From: an uncultured Fibrobacteria bacterium
Lineage (GTDB): Bacteria > Fibrobacterota > Fibrobacteria > UBA11236
Assembly (NCBI GenBank): GCA_963716395.1
Contig: OY970309.1
Span: forward strand, 2,432,001-2,496,000
Direction: 5' to 3'
Length of the DNA: 64,000 nt
Both the position numbers and the translations under genes were made by a program. Shown one piece after another: positions 50,501 to 60,315 of the stretch (position 1 is the stretch's first letter; each line of letters opens with the position of its first letter). The notes under the pieces are model-generated. The model was not told the DNA's origin, did not search any database, and saw only the letters and a program-made list of their open reading frames with translations.

Positions 50501-53500
50501 CCTTGGTGAGGGACTGCTGCAAATGGTAGGTCAGGGTCAGGGTATCGCTGGGCGAAAGGCCGGAGACCGTCGCCACGGCTTTCACGGTTGTGGTTTGATA
50601 AATCCAAAAGGGAGCACTGTAGATTGTCGTCGTTCCCTGACCCGGAATCGATCCGTCCAGGGTGTAATAAATTACGGCTCCCGGTGTCGGGGAACTCAAG
50701 GCGATTTGCACCGAGGTGGTGAAATTGGTGTCGGTGGGCGTCGCCATGGGAGGCGCGGTTTTATTGGGCGGCGTGAGGTTGTAGACCGCCGTCAACATAT
50801 CGCTGTTGGTTTCTCCGGATTTGAAGGCCACGGCTTTCACACTGGTGGTCGCCGTCAGCACCAGGGGTTGGGAGTAGACCGCCGAGGTGGACGTGGGCGA
50901 GGTACCGTCGGTGGTGTAGCGGATGACGGCGCCCACGGTGTCGCAGGAAAGCGCGACGCTGAGAGTGGGATAAAAGGAAGTGTCCCGCGGTAAAACTTTG
51001 GGCGTGGCCACTTTGGGAAGGTTCACGGTCAGGGCGGCGAAGGGGCTGACGGCGAAGGTGCTGGAATCGTTGCCGACGCTGGCAGCGTTCCTGACCACAA
51101 TGCGGTAGCGGCCGGCGTCGCCGGAACCCACGCTGGCGAATGTCAGGGTGTCGCCGGTGGCGCCGGCAATGTTGACCGAATCCTTCTGCCATTGATAGGT
51201 GAAGGGCGAGGTGCCGGCGACGGCTGCGGTCAATAACACCGCTTGGCCGACCGTAACCGTCTGCGAGGCGGGCGCGGTGGTGATGATGGGCGGTACCACC
51301 TGGGCGGTAAGGGTGAGCACCAGGGTTTTTGTATCCTGGCCCGTGGTGTTGGCGGCGGAGAGGGTGACGTTGGTGATACCCGTCGCCGTGGGAGTTCCGG
51401 AAATCAGACCGGAGGAAGAGTTGATGGAGAGCCCTGCGGGCAAGGGCGAGGCGCCGAAGGTGATGGGTTGGGTGCCGGAAGCCGTAATGGTATATGAAAA
51501 TGCGGTTCCCGCCGTGCTGCTGGTGGTTAAGGCGCTGGTGATGGAGGGGGCCAAGGACGCGGAAGAAATGGTCATCACCAGGGTTTTGGTCGGGGCGGCT
51601 CCCGCCGCGTTCGTGGCGGAGAGGGTGACGTTGGTGATACCGGAGGTCGTGGGGGTTCCGGAGATTGCGCCGGTGGAGGAGTTCACGGAGAGCCCCGCGG
51701 GCAAAGGCGAGGCGCCGAAGGTGATGGGTTGGGTGCCGGAAGCCGTAATGGTGTAGTTAAAGGATTGGCCGGTGGTAGCGGTCACGGTGGTGGGGCTGTT
51801 GATGACGGGCGCCACGGGCGCGGCGGATATGCTGAGGGCCAGGGTTTTGGTCGGCGCGGCCCCGATCGAATTGGTGGCGGAGAGGGTGACGTTGGTGGTA
51901 CCGGTCGCCGTGGGGGTACCGGAGATGACGCCGGTGGTGGTGTTGACGGAGAGTCCGGCGGGCAAGGGCGCGGCGCCGAAGGTGATGGGCGCCGTGCCAA
52001 TGGCGGCGATGGTGTAGCTCAAGGGTACTCCCGCCGTTCCGGTGGTGGAAAGATTCGTGTTGGTGATGGTGGGGGCCACGGGAGCGGAAGAGATGGTGAT
52101 GACCAAGGTTTTGGCCGCCGCGGCTCCGGCCGCGTTAGCGGCGGAGAGGGTGACATTGGTGGTCCCTGCCCCGGTGGGGGTTCCGGAGATCAAGCCGGTG
52201 GAAGCGTTGACGGAAAGTCCCGTGGGTAAGGGCGCGGCGCCGAAAGTAATGGGTTTGGATCCTGAAGCGGTGATGGTGTAGGAAAATGCGGCTCCCGCCG
52301 TTCCGCCGGCGGTCAAGGCGCTGGTGATGGTCGGCGCCACGGCCGGGTAGATGGTGAGGGTCAAGGTTTTTGTCGGCGCGACTCCGGCCGCGTTGGAGGC
52401 GGAGAGGGCGACACTGGTAGTTCCTGACGCCGTGGGAGTGCCGGAAATCGAGCCGGTGGCGGTATTGATGGAGAGTCCCGTCGGCAAGGGCGCGGCGCCG
52501 AAGGTGATGGGCGAAGTTCCGGTGGCGGTGATGGTGTAGGAGAAGGGGGCTCCGACCGTGTCCGAAGCGGAAAGAACGGTGTTGGTGATGGTTGGAGCCA
52601 CAGTAGCCGCAGACACGGTGATGACCAAGGTTTTGGCAGGTGCGGCCCCGGCCGTGTTGGTGGCGGAGAGGGTGACATTGGTGGTCCCTGTGGCCGTGGG
52701 AGTGCCGGAAATCGCGCCGGTGGTGGCGTTGACGGAGAGCCCCGCGGGCAAAGGTGAGGCGCCGAAGGTGATGGGTGCGGTACCGGTGGCGGTGATGGTG
52801 TAGGAAAAGGCAGTCCCCGCCGTTCCGCCGGCGGACAATGTGCTCGTGATGGTCGGCGCCACCGGGGCGGGAGCGATGGTGAGGACCAGGGTTTGGGGAG
52901 TCGCGGCTCCGGCGGTATTGTGGGCGGAAAGAGTGACACTGGTGGTACCTGCCGCTGCGGGGGTTCCGGAGATCTTGCCGGAGGAAGAGTCGATGGAAAG
53001 TCCCGCGGGTAAAGGCAAGGCGTTGAAGGTGATGGGCGTGGTGCCGGAAGCGGTGATGGTGTACGAGAAAGTGGTACCGGCCGTGCCGCTAGCGGTCAAG
53101 GCGCTGGTGATGGCAGGGGGCACGGGTGCCGGAGTGACGGTGAGGACCAGAACCTTGGGAGTGGCATCACCGACCGCGTTATGGGCGTAGAGGGTGTCAT
53201 TGTAGGTACCGGCGACGGTGGGGATACCGGAGATTAATCCGGTGGTGGTGCTGACCGTGAGCCCCGTCGGCAAGGGCGAGGCTCCATAGGTGATAGGTGC
53301 CGTGCCGGTGGCGGTGATGGTGTAGGAGAATGCGGTTCCGGCTGTGCCCGTAGCGGTAAGGGTGGTGTTGGTGATGGTCGGAGCCACGGCAGCCGGAGAG
53401 ATAGTGAGGATCAGGACCTTGGGAGTGGCGTCCCCCGCCGCATTGTGGGCATAGAGGGTGTCGCTGTAAGTACTGGCGACCGTGGGGGTCCCGGAGATCA

Positions 53501-54545
53501 GGCCGGTGGTGGTGCTGACGGTGAGCCCGGTGGGCAAAGGTGAGGTGCTGAAGGTGATGGGTGCGGTGCCGGAGGCGGTGATGGTGTAGGAGAAAGGCGC
53601 TCCCGCCGTGCCGCCAGCGGTCGAGGCGCTGGTGATGGTGGGTGCTGTGGCTGGGTAAACGGTAAGGATCAGGGTTTTGGCGGGCGCGGATCCGGCCGCG
53701 TTGATGGCGGAAAGAGTGACATTGGTGGTACCTGTAGCCGTTGGGGTTCCGGAAATTACCCCGGTGCCGGTATTAACGGAGAGCCCCGCGGGCAAAGGTG
53801 CGGCGCCGTAGGTGATGGGGGCGGTGCCGGTGGCGGTGATGGCGTAGGAGAAGGGAACCCCAATCGTGTCCGAGGCGGAAAGGGTGGTGTTGGTGATGGT
53901 GGGAGCCAGGGAAATGGTAAGGACCAAGGTTTTGGTGGGCGCGCCTCCCGCCGCATTGTTGGCGGAGAGGGTCACGTTGGTGGTCCCGGAGGCCGTGGGG
54001 GTACCGGAAATCACGCCGGAGGCGGGGTCTACGGAGAGCCCCGCGGGCAAAGTTGAGGTGCTGAAGGTGATGGGCGTGGTGCCGGAGGCGGTAATGGTAT
54101 AGGTAAAAGGAGTTCCCACAGTTCCGCTGGCGGTCAAGGTGCTGGTGATAGCCGGTATTGAATCGACCTGAATCAAACAGGTATCTGATACGGAGTCCAG
54201 CAGGGTGGAGATATCCCAGGCGGAAAGTACAACGCGGTATAACCCGGTATGGGTGAAACTGATACTGGTGGTCAAATTGGTCGGGTCATGCAGCGTGCCG
54301 CCGTCCGGAGCATTCCAGATATATCCCACCAAGAGTGGGTCGTTCGGAGAAACCGTTCCATTCAACGCCGCAGTCGCGGACGAGGCCTGAAAAGCGATGG
54401 TGGTATCGGGGCCGGCATTCACCTGCAACAGGAGGTTTTGCGCTACAGCCGGCCGAGCGCCCACCAAAACGGAAACAAACGCCACGGCGAATCCAAGATT
54501 CGTCTGCAACCTTCCCAAGGTGCGTATTCGTAAAGCGCCGAACAT
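47598..54545 (-). CDS. Giant secreted surface protein: about 11 He_PIG-like Ig repeats, one Ig domain, about 6 CHB_HEX_C/Fn3-associated repeats, T9SS-like tail
   Basis: Repeated G..FSYTITA.GT.PITF..LP.GLS..TG.ISGTP; YQWQKD..DAGRY; I/VxYTxDG repeats; GWNLI; LPRGIYFLWL. Confidence 0.9.
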   Translation of the reverse strand: MFGALRIRTLGRLQTNLGFAVAFVSVLVGARPAVAQNLLLQVNAGPDTTIAFQASSATAALNGTVSPNDPLLVGYIWNAPDGGTLHDPTNLTTSISFTHTGLYRVVLSAWDISTLLDSVSDTCLIQVDSIPAITSTLTASGTVGTPFTYTITASGTTPITFSTSTLPAGLSVDPASGVISGTPTASGTTNVTLSANNAAGGAPTKTLVLTISLAPTITNTTLSASDTIGVPFSYAITATGTAPITYGAAPLPAGLSVNTGTGVISGTPTATGTTNVTLSAINAAGSAPAKTLILTVYPATAPTITSASTAGGTAGAPFSYTITASGTAPITFSTSPLPTGLTVSTTTGLISGTPTVASTYSDTLYAHNAAGDATPKVLILTISPAAVAPTITNTTLTATGTAGTAFSYTITATGTAPITYGASPLPTGLTVSTTTGLISGIPTVAGTYNDTLYAHNAVGDATPKVLVLTVTPAPVPPAITSALTASGTAGTTFSYTITASGTTPITFNALPLPAGLSIDSSSGKISGTPAAAGTTSVTLSAHNTAGAATPQTLVLTIAPAPVAPTITSTLSAGGTAGTAFSYTITATGTAPITFGASPLPAGLSVNATTGAISGTPTATGTTNVTLSATNTAGAAPAKTLVITVSAATVAPTITNTVLSASDTVGAPFSYTITATGTSPITFGAAPLPTGLSINTATGSISGTPTASGTTSVALSASNAAGVAPTKTLTLTIYPAVAPTITSALTAGGTAGAAFSYTITASGSKPITFGAAPLPTGLSVNASTGLISGTPTGAGTTNVTLSAANAAGAAAAKTLVITISSAPVAPTITNTNLSTTGTAGVPLSYTIAAIGTAPITFGAAPLPAGLSVNTTTGVISGTPTATGTTNVTLSATNSIGAAPTKTLALSISAAPVAPVINSPTTVTATTGQSFNYTITASGTQPITFGASPLPAGLSVNSSTGAISGTPTTSGITNVTLSATNAAGAAPTKTLVMTISSASLAPSITSALTTSSTAGTAFSYTITASGTQPITFGASPLPAGLSINSSSGLISGTPTATGITNVTLSAANTTGQDTKTLVLTLTAQVVPPIITTAPASQTVTVGQAVLLTAAVAGTSPFTYQWQKDSVNIAGATGDTLTFASVGSGDAGRYRIVVRNAASVGNDSSTFAVSPFAALTVNLPKVATPKVLPRDTSFYPTLSVALSCDTVGAVIRYTTDGTSPTSTSAVYSQPLVLTATTSVKAVAFKSGETNSDMLTAVYNLTPPNKTAPPMATPTDTNFTTSVQIALSSPTPGAVIYYTLDGSIPGQGTTTIYSAPFWIYQTTTVKAVATVSGLSPSDTLTLTYHLQQSLTKVATPVATPSGERFHNSVGVQLFCATDSASIWYTTDSTDPLSSSTRKQYSMGLTLVLSQTTVLKAAATRLNWQSSDLLTQTYSKAPGPIVCVPGQDTTFASTLTVTLTVPGNFPIYYTADGSAPIDPQFHESVSAAQYLGPIHLTASATLVAVAMDGDIPSDTLTRFFTKLGSALPPPGALPSGQLFADTVIVTLKPPNAGAAVYYTTNGAIPTAASSLYSQPLRFDTTVTLQAISVQSGYLPSQVLIENYVLAPDTPSVHPPGGQYFGAVQITLSDASPKAGIYYTLDGSTPVPGTAFAYTGPFTLQQSSVLKAAAAAGSQVSATRTLVYNISARADTVIAPGGTFATGGYAFYNPGAAGFSARVVLAPPDTVSAPGIASIPFAMLLNPAAPGQPFPGLQFTKPASDARALYVIGPDGRIDFVSAADSVAITASGIYFLGLDTVPPTVTFINSVTTALDSVRANFVVNDNVANILYSLQRSDDPRRDLSQVAAETPDTVHLNLKNPAGVLAPLYVSFTVSDHTQSVRFPADGTPWYLAQHIAATQSPAVLHIGATPAYPWDLISFPVQAEPQPSFGQIAAANHIASFGVFSYRSAGGQYVAGGNGDTLVAGRGYWVGASAAFSSLWLPALSLQAPAVPVHVHLDSGWNLIGDPLPQTLYWPMSRTSTAYRLSTVKGLWAFDSGLGDYTPSDSLEPWRGYFVYSYARDTTVELTTSPSAAAKPAAASNPYAIVLDYGHRSLELGMFPDAKTGLGVEDESTLPALDSQTAFASLRQGHWLQSDYLPLQPDSLAQWEVVVRGASASGPPLGLGSVELPAGVRAWLVAPQRHLKLALDSRGSAFQPAPGADTVWILAGPAAALAKSGIFVAAKTALPAFSLQLFPAGRNFLLDLNLPSQARLAARLVTVDGRTAEWMPARWMEAGRYTLSLDHDFQGHSSAPLPRGIYFLWLRLQGEGLPAQWTRQVQIIE
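51300..54150. repeat. Intragenic tandem repeats of roughly 260 bp encoding the Ig-like units
   Basis: Recurrent segments such as gcgccgaaggtgatggg and ggcggagagggtgac; boundaries approximate. Confidence 0.85.
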
Positions 54546-54782
54546 GGGAGCATTACCCCCCTCCCCACCGCAGTATTCAATTTTGTGTGTTGCGCTGGAG
54601 ATTCCTCTTCCAAAGGTAAATAGAAGCGAAAATTCGTCGACGGCCCATTTTCTGCGTTTTCACAAGAATTGGCAAAGTTTGAGCTTACTGTCAAGATGAA
54701 TCGCGCCGCAAATAACAAATCAGAAGCAGGCCGCTTAATTACCCAAGTAATATTTTTTTACATGATCAAAATGCAAGAAATC

Positions 54783-55277
54783 ATGGAACTCAAATCCTAC
54801 GTCGGATTTCCCTGCCTCGTTTTTGCTTCGGCAAAACCCATTGGTGACGAACACGCCGCGCAAATTGCCGATCATTTGCGCCCGTTTTTCTCCGCCTGGG
54901 AAAGCCATGGCGTGCCGGTGCAAGGCATGGCCGCTGGCATCGAAAACCGATTTTTAATCGTGGCCCATCGGCCCGTGGAAATTTCGGGATGCAGCCGTGA
55001 CGCCTTGCTTTTCCGCGTACGGGAAATCGGAAAAGAATTCGGTGTGGACTGGGTGGGCGGATCGCGGTTGTTTTATCGCGACCCGCAAGGCCGGGTGGCC
55101 GATACGGATCGCATCGGGTTCAAAGCTTTGGCGCGTTCCGGCCGTATCACGCCGGCTACCCCGGTTTTCAATACCTCCTTGACCGAAGTCGACGCCTGGT
55201 TGGCGGGAAAGTTCGAAATACCCGCGGCCGCGAGTTGGCATGCCCGTTTGCTCGACGTAGTGACCACTCCGGTTTAG
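54783..55277 (+). CDS. Hypothetical protein (W.SHG / SGCS motif)
   Basis: FFSAWESHGVP..RFLIVA..ISGCSRD..ITPATPVFN; start uncertain. Confidence 0.7.
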   Translation: MELKSYVGFPCLVFASAKPIGDEHAAQIADHLRPFFSAWESHGVPVQGMAAGIENRFLIVAHRPVEISGCSRDALLFRVREIGKEFGVDWVGGSRLFYRDPQGRVADTDRIGFKALARSGRITPATPVFNTSLTEVDAWLAGKFEIPAAASWHARLLDVVTTPV

Positions 55278-55285
55278 CGCTTGTC

Positions 55286-56122
55286 TTATCCGGAACGCCG
55301 CCGGGTTTTACCCGGACCCGATTCCGAAAATCCAAAATCGAGAACCGGTCGTCCGCGCCCGAGGTTCCGGGCGTGAAGAATGGCTTGGCCGACAAAGGCC
55401 TTGGCGCCGCGACAGGCGGCGAGCAGGCTTTCTCCCCGGGCCAGGCGGGCCGCGAGGGCCGATGACAATGCGCATCCGGTGCCGTGGGGCGTGAGGCCAA
55501 AGCGCGGACCGCGCAGGCGCCAAAGACGGCCATGATCGAACAGGAAATCGTCGCTGCCGGCGTCATCCCCATGCCCGCCTTTGAGCAGAATCGCATAGGG
55601 CTTGCCGGCCGCAAAGGCGCGCAGAAGCTCGGGAGCTTCAGCTATCGTCACGGGTTGCCCGCACAGCGCCGCGAACTCGGGCAGATTGGGAGTGAGAATG
55701 CGGCAGCGGGGAAACACGGATCGCGCCAGTTCCGGTTGCGCGCCGGCTTCGAGCAAGGCCGCGCCCGAAGTGGAGCGCAGAATCGGATCCAGCACCACGG
55801 GTATGTCGCGCGCCGCCGGCGACCGCAGCAAGGCCGCGACGCGGCGGAGCATGGCCCGGGAACCCAAGGCGCCGATTTTGATCGCGTCGGGGCGCAGGTC
55901 GGCGAACAAGGCCTTGGCTTGCTCCCGGAAAAAATCGGGATCGGCCCAGCGCACGCGCTGCACGCCCCGGGTGTTTTGTATCGTCCACAAGGTCGGCAGC
56001 GCCAGGCCGAAAACCCCGTGGGCCTGAAAGGTTTTCAGATCGGCCTCCAATCCCGCGCCGCCGCTGGGATCGGAGCCCGCAATGGTCAAAGCCATCCGCA
56101 GTCGCTGGGGCCTGGATTTCAT
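55286..56122 (-). CDS. thiD: Hydroxymethylpyrimidine/phosphomethylpyrimidine kinase
   Basis: LTIAGSDPSGGAG..ADLKTF; VVLDP; TPNLPE; KGGH; HGTGC.LSSA. Confidence 0.94.
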   Translation of the reverse strand: MKSRPQRLRMALTIAGSDPSGGAGLEADLKTFQAHGVFGLALPTLWTIQNTRGVQRVRWADPDFFREQAKALFADLRPDAIKIGALGSRAMLRRVAALLRSPAARDIPVVLDPILRSTSGAALLEAGAQPELARSVFPRCRILTPNLPEFAALCGQPVTIAEAPELLRAFAAGKPYAILLKGGHGDDAGSDDFLFDHGRLWRLRGPRFGLTPHGTGCALSSALAARLARGESLLAACRGAKAFVGQAILHARNLGRGRPVLDFGFSESGPGKTRRRSG

Positions 56123-57993
56123 TCGGGGATGAACCGCGTGGCCCAGGCGCGCACGCGGCGGCCATTCAAGACGTGAAAGCGGCGCAGCCGGCGCAAGGTT
56201 TCGGCGCCGAAAGCGCCGGCGGGAATCCACACCAGCCGCTTGCGAAACCCCGCCGCCATTTGGCGCAGCCGCAACCCCGGCTTTTCATGGCTCACGTAAG
56301 CCACCGCGCGCTGGGCCGAGTGCCGCAAGGCCCCGTACACCAGTTGCTCGGCCAGGTTTTGGAATCCGAACTCCTCGGCCGGCAGCTTGAAAACGTCGGG
56401 AACCGGCCGCGGCGGAAAGAGCAGGCTGAAGCCCCCGAATTCGGCGCGCGCGATGCCCGGGCCCACCATGTCGTCCCAGGGATCGGTGCCGAAAAACGTG
56501 AGCATCGACTCCTCCGCATGTTCATAAGTCCAGGCCATGCGAAACGGGTAACGCGCATCGTGATCGGGATCAAAAATCGCCACCACGGTGTCGACCCGGC
56601 CGCGTACCGGCGGCGCTTCGCGCACGTGAATGCGGCCCGAGCCCGCGAGCTGGCGCAGGGTTTCGCGCGCGTCGACGCCGTCTTTGAGCGAGGCGGTCAG
56701 AGGTTCGGAACGGCTCTCGCCGTGAAACAGCATTTCGCGGCTGCGCGCGCGCGCCGTGCGGTTGAAGCGCTCAATGCGGATGTCTTCGGGAACATGCGAA
56801 CACATGCCGCGTGCATCCCAGAGGTAGCGGTAGCGCTGCTTCCGCTCGGGATCGGGATCGCGTTGCAGGCGCAGGGTTTTCCAGATTTTCGGCGAATGCT
56901 CCAGCAGGTTGAAGGCGGGCTGGGCTTCGCCGCCGGGCACGCGCACTGTGTCGCGACCGATTTCCAGCCAGCCCTCCGAGGTTGACGGGACGAAGGGATA
57001 ACGGCGTGCGGATTCGAACAGTTTGGCTGCGAAGCCGTGGCCGAATACGCCTTTGGCCGCAGCCACCAGATCGAGGAGACCCGGCGTGAGGCGGCCTTGC
57101 ACCGCGGCCAGATTGCGCGTAAAGGTGAGCGCGGTTTGTACCTGCTTCACCGTGGCGACCGCGGCTTCGATGCGATCTTTGCGCAGGGCGGCGCGGGTGG
57201 CGATGAACAATGATTTCACCAAATCGAAATACGGCCGCGGCGTCATCCAGGGATTTTGCCGTTCCTTTTCCATTTCCCCGGCATAATGCGGCAGCTCTCC
57301 CAGGGCGAAATAAAGATGCTCGGGTTTCACAGGCCACACTTCGGCGTCGACCTGGTCTTCTTCGTCCGGCGGCTCTTCCGCTCCCGCATTTTCGGCGCGG
57401 CCCGCAGCGCACAGCTTTTCCAGCGCGAAGAAAGCGGGAAAGTCACAGAGCAACAGGAGCGGTGCGGGTGCGCCCCGGCGCGCCACCAGGATTTCTCGCG
57501 CGCGCGCTTCGGCGTCGGCCGCTACCTCCGGCAGCCCTTGCAAGGCTTGCCGCGCCAGCGATTGATACGCGGCGGAGCCCAACTCGGGCAAAAGGGCCGC
57601 GTCGGGCAGCAGGTAACGCAGCGGTTTCCTCAGGCGCCGGTTGCCTTCGAGAAAAAACAGGGGCAGCCGGCGCGACAACGCCTGCCGCAGTCCTTCGATA
57701 TAGGCGTCGCCGGGGTCGGCGGGCAGATAGGCGATAAGTTTTCCGTCGAGCCGCACGGCGGCCGCGTGGATTTCCGGCAATTGTTCCGCTACTTCGAGGG
57801 CCGCCGCGCGCAAAGCGGCGGGAAAGGCCAGGGCCAGAGCTGCGTCGCGCCGCTCCCACAGCAGTTGGCGCACCGCCATGGCGAAAGGCGCGGCGCCATG
57901 CGCGATGGGGAAAACGTCCAACCCCGGAGCCAGCGGAACGGCGGAAAGCGGGGCGCGGGCGGAAGAGTGGGACGAAGAGTGGGACGGGTTCAT
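56119..57993 (-). CDS. Uncharacterised MoxR-associated protein (624 aa)
   Basis: Downstream of MoxR, stop overlaps thiD start; FPIAHG..FA; P.DAYIE; GMCSHVPED; DGVDARETLR; HAEES. Confidence 0.8.
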   Translation of the reverse strand: MNPSHSSSHSSARAPLSAVPLAPGLDVFPIAHGAAPFAMAVRQLLWERRDAALALAFPAALRAAALEVAEQLPEIHAAAVRLDGKLIAYLPADPGDAYIEGLRQALSRRLPLFFLEGNRRLRKPLRYLLPDAALLPELGSAAYQSLARQALQGLPEVAADAEARAREILVARRGAPAPLLLLCDFPAFFALEKLCAAGRAENAGAEEPPDEEDQVDAEVWPVKPEHLYFALGELPHYAGEMEKERQNPWMTPRPYFDLVKSLFIATRAALRKDRIEAAVATVKQVQTALTFTRNLAAVQGRLTPGLLDLVAAAKGVFGHGFAAKLFESARRYPFVPSTSEGWLEIGRDTVRVPGGEAQPAFNLLEHSPKIWKTLRLQRDPDPERKQRYRYLWDARGMCSHVPEDIRIERFNRTARARSREMLFHGESRSEPLTASLKDGVDARETLRQLAGSGRIHVREAPPVRGRVDTVVAIFDPDHDARYPFRMAWTYEHAEESMLTFFGTDPWDDMVGPGIARAEFGGFSLLFPPRPVPDVFKLPAEEFGFQNLAEQLVYGALRHSAQRAVAYVSHEKPGLRLRQMAAGFRKRLVWIPAGAFGAETLRRLRRFHVLNGRRVRAWATRFIPE

Positions 57994-58045
57994 GGTGCGG
58001 GGGACCGGTTCCGGGCCGCGGCCGGCCGGCGCGGGCGCGGCGGTT

Positions 58046-58963
58046 TCAGTCCCGATCCGGATTCATGGGATCGCCTTCGTCAAAAAAGAAATCGCCCAAT
58101 TGCATATTCGGCATGTGAAAACCCTGTTGCTTGCGCTTGGAGGCGTAGGCTTCCAGGTCGAGGGCTTCGTCGCCCAGAATCTGGCGGACGGCTTTGCGGA
58201 ACAGGGGCTCCCAGCCTTGCGCCTGCATGTGTCCCAGCTTTTGCGAGAAGCGCACGGCGTGAATGCCGTCGCGCACCGAATAAGGCAAATCCAGTCCATG
58301 CGCCTTTTGCAAAAAACCCAGGCAGATGCGCAGCAATTCTTCCGGCGCCGCCGGCAAATTGTAGCGCAGAATGCGCAACTCTTCTTCTTCGGGCGGGAAG
58401 GGCAATTCGATGCCGGGTTGCAGACGCGAAAGGATGTAGTCGGGAATCTCGAAAGCGGAATCATCCTGATTCATGGTGATGGCGCAGCGAAAATCGGCAT
58501 GCGCCTGAATCGTGACGCCCGCCACCACCGAGTCGATGGAGCGGCGGTCGTCGAGCAGGGGCGCGAGCGAAGCCCAGCATTTTTCCGGCATGCGATTGCC
58601 TTCGTCGAGCACCACGGCGCCGCCCCGCAACATGGCCGTGACCAGAGGCGAAGCGCGATATTGAATGGCGCCGCCTTCGCTGAGCACCGGGGTGATGAGC
58701 AGATCTTCGGGACGCGTGTCGGCGGTGCATTGCACGACAAAGGCGGGCTGGCCCCGCCGCTGCGCGGCCGCCAGGGCCAAGGTGGTTTTACCCAAGCCGG
58801 GATAGCCCACGATGCGGGGCGAAAGCGGCCGATCTTGTGGGGTCAGTGTCAGCCAGCAGGCCAGAAGCTCGGTCATCGGCTCTTCCTGGCCAATCCATTC
58901 CACCGCGGACGCGACCGGGGCGCTCAAGTGAATTTCGACGCCGTCGATGCGCAGGGAGTCCAC
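58046..58963 (-). CDS. MoxR-type AAA+ ATPase
   Basis: GYPGLGKT; QCTADT..EDL; LDEGNR; TMN; SRL; SVRD; GTG start inferred. Confidence 0.88.
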   Translation of the reverse strand: MDSLRIDGVEIHLSAPVASAVEWIGQEEPMTELLACWLTLTPQDRPLSPRIVGYPGLGKTTLALAAAQRRGQPAFVVQCTADTRPEDLLITPVLSEGGAIQYRASPLVTAMLRGGAVVLDEGNRMPEKCWASLAPLLDDRRSIDSVVAGVTIQAHADFRCAITMNQDDSAFEIPDYILSRLQPGIELPFPPEEEELRILRYNLPAAPEELLRICLGFLQKAHGLDLPYSVRDGIHAVRFSQKLGHMQAQGWEPLFRKAVRQILGDEALDLEAYASKRKQQGFHMPNMQLGDFFFDEGDPMNPDRD

Positions 58964-59098
58964 GCGGGGAAGTATAGCTAGAAGGTGTGGCCGAGATTCA
59001 GGGCGGGCCGTAGCATATTTGCTGCGTTTGGCCGCGAAGGTAACAGGAAAATCGATCATTTATAAATTGAATTCTTTCTTCCAGTCCGGAGAGTTTCC

Positions 59099-60061
59099 AT
59101 GAGCGACACCGTCGAAAATCTCGTCATCATCGGTTCGGGACCGGCGGGCCATACCGCCGCCATCTATGCCGCGCGCGCCAGTTTGAACCCGCTGATGTTC
59201 GAAGGCTTCATGGCGGCCGGCGTGGCGGCGGGCGGCCAACTGACCACCACCACCGAGATCGAAAACTTCCCCGGGTTCACCACCATCGGAGGTCCCGAGC
59301 TCATGGCGCGCATGCGCGAGCAGTCGTTGCATTGCGGGGCGCGCATCCAAACCGAAACCGTGGCCAAAGTCGATTTGTCGCAGCGGCCGTTTCGCGTGGT
59401 TTCCGAAGAAGGCGGCGAGGTGCGGGCAAAAGCCTTGATCATCGCCACCGGAGCCACGGCTAAGCGTATGCGGGTTCCGCACGAAGAAGAATTCTGGCAA
59501 AAGGGCATTTCGGCCTGCGCGGTGTGCGACGGCGGTTTGCCGCTGTTCCGTAACCAACCGCTGGTGGTGATCGGCGGGGGCGATACGGCCGTGGAAGAAG
59601 CCACCTATTTGACCAAGTTCGCCTCCAAGGTTTTCCTGGTGCATCGCCGCCATGAATTGCGGGCCAGCAAGGCCATGCAACAGCGCGCCTTGAGCAATCC
59701 CAAGCTGGAAATCGTCTGGGACACGGTACTCGAAGACGTGTACGGCGGCCCTGCGCTCGCCGGGGTGAAGCTGCGCGATCTCAAAGCCGAGCGCTTGTAT
59801 GACCATGAAGCCAAAGGCCTGTTCTACGCCATCGGCCATACCCCCAATACCGAATTTTTGGAAGGCCAATTGGACGCCGACGAGACCGGTTATCTCATCA
59901 CCGAACCCGGCACCACCCAGACCAGCGTCGCCGGTGTTTTCGCCGCCGGAGACGTGCAGGACAAACGTTATCGCCAAGCCGTCACCTCGGCGGGAACCGG
60001 GTGCATGGCGGCCCTGGACGCCGAGCATTTTCTTTCGTCCGAAGCCGTCGGCGGGCATTGA
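59099..60061 (+). CDS. trxB: Thioredoxin-disulfide reductase
   Basis: IIGSGPAG; GGQL; CAVCDG; [10 protein letters not shown]; HRR; FAAGDV; YRQA. Confidence 0.97.
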   Translation: MSDTVENLVIIGSGPAGHTAAIYAARASLNPLMFEGFMAAGVAAGGQLTTTTEIENFPGFTTIGGPELMARMREQSLHCGARIQTETVAKVDLSQRPFRVVSEEGGEVRAKALIIATGATAKRMRVPHEEEFWQKGISACAVCDGGLPLFRNQPLVVIGGGDTAVEEATYLTKFASKVFLVHRRHELRASKAMQQRALSNPKLEIVWDTVLEDVYGGPALAGVKLRDLKAERLYDHEAKGLFYAIGHTPNTEFLEGQLDADETGYLITEPGTTQTSVAGVFAAGDVQDKRYRQAVTSAGTGCMAALDAEHFLSSEAVGGH

Positions 60062-60243
60062 TTCCCGGCCCCGGATTTTCGCCCCGGAGCGGTCGGCCCG
60101 GGCCGCTTCCCGCCCCCGGACGCGGGAAAAACCCGGAATAAGTCCAAAAAAACGGAAAATTGCGGGGTACCGCACCCGGCATGTTTCGGAAACATGGCCA
60201 GCACCCGAAACTTCAAAGGGACGTAACCGGCGACCTTCCCCTC

Positions 60244-60272
60244 TTGACGGAAGTTAACCTATGAGTTAACCT
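60244..60272 (+). promoter_or_regulatory. Sigma70-like promoter overlapped by two AGTTAACCT repeats (probable operator)
   Basis: TTGACG-17 nt-TAACCT; agttaacct at 60252-60260 and 60264-60272. Confidence 0.55.
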
Positions 60273-60315
60273 TGGCAGGACGGAACCGGGAGGGCCGGAA
60301 GCGGTCCCAGCTCGG

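Noticed and set aside
51300-54150. Regular repeats that could suggest a CRISPR array
   Set aside because: Long, degenerate, in-frame protein repeats; no repeat-spacer structure and no cas genes
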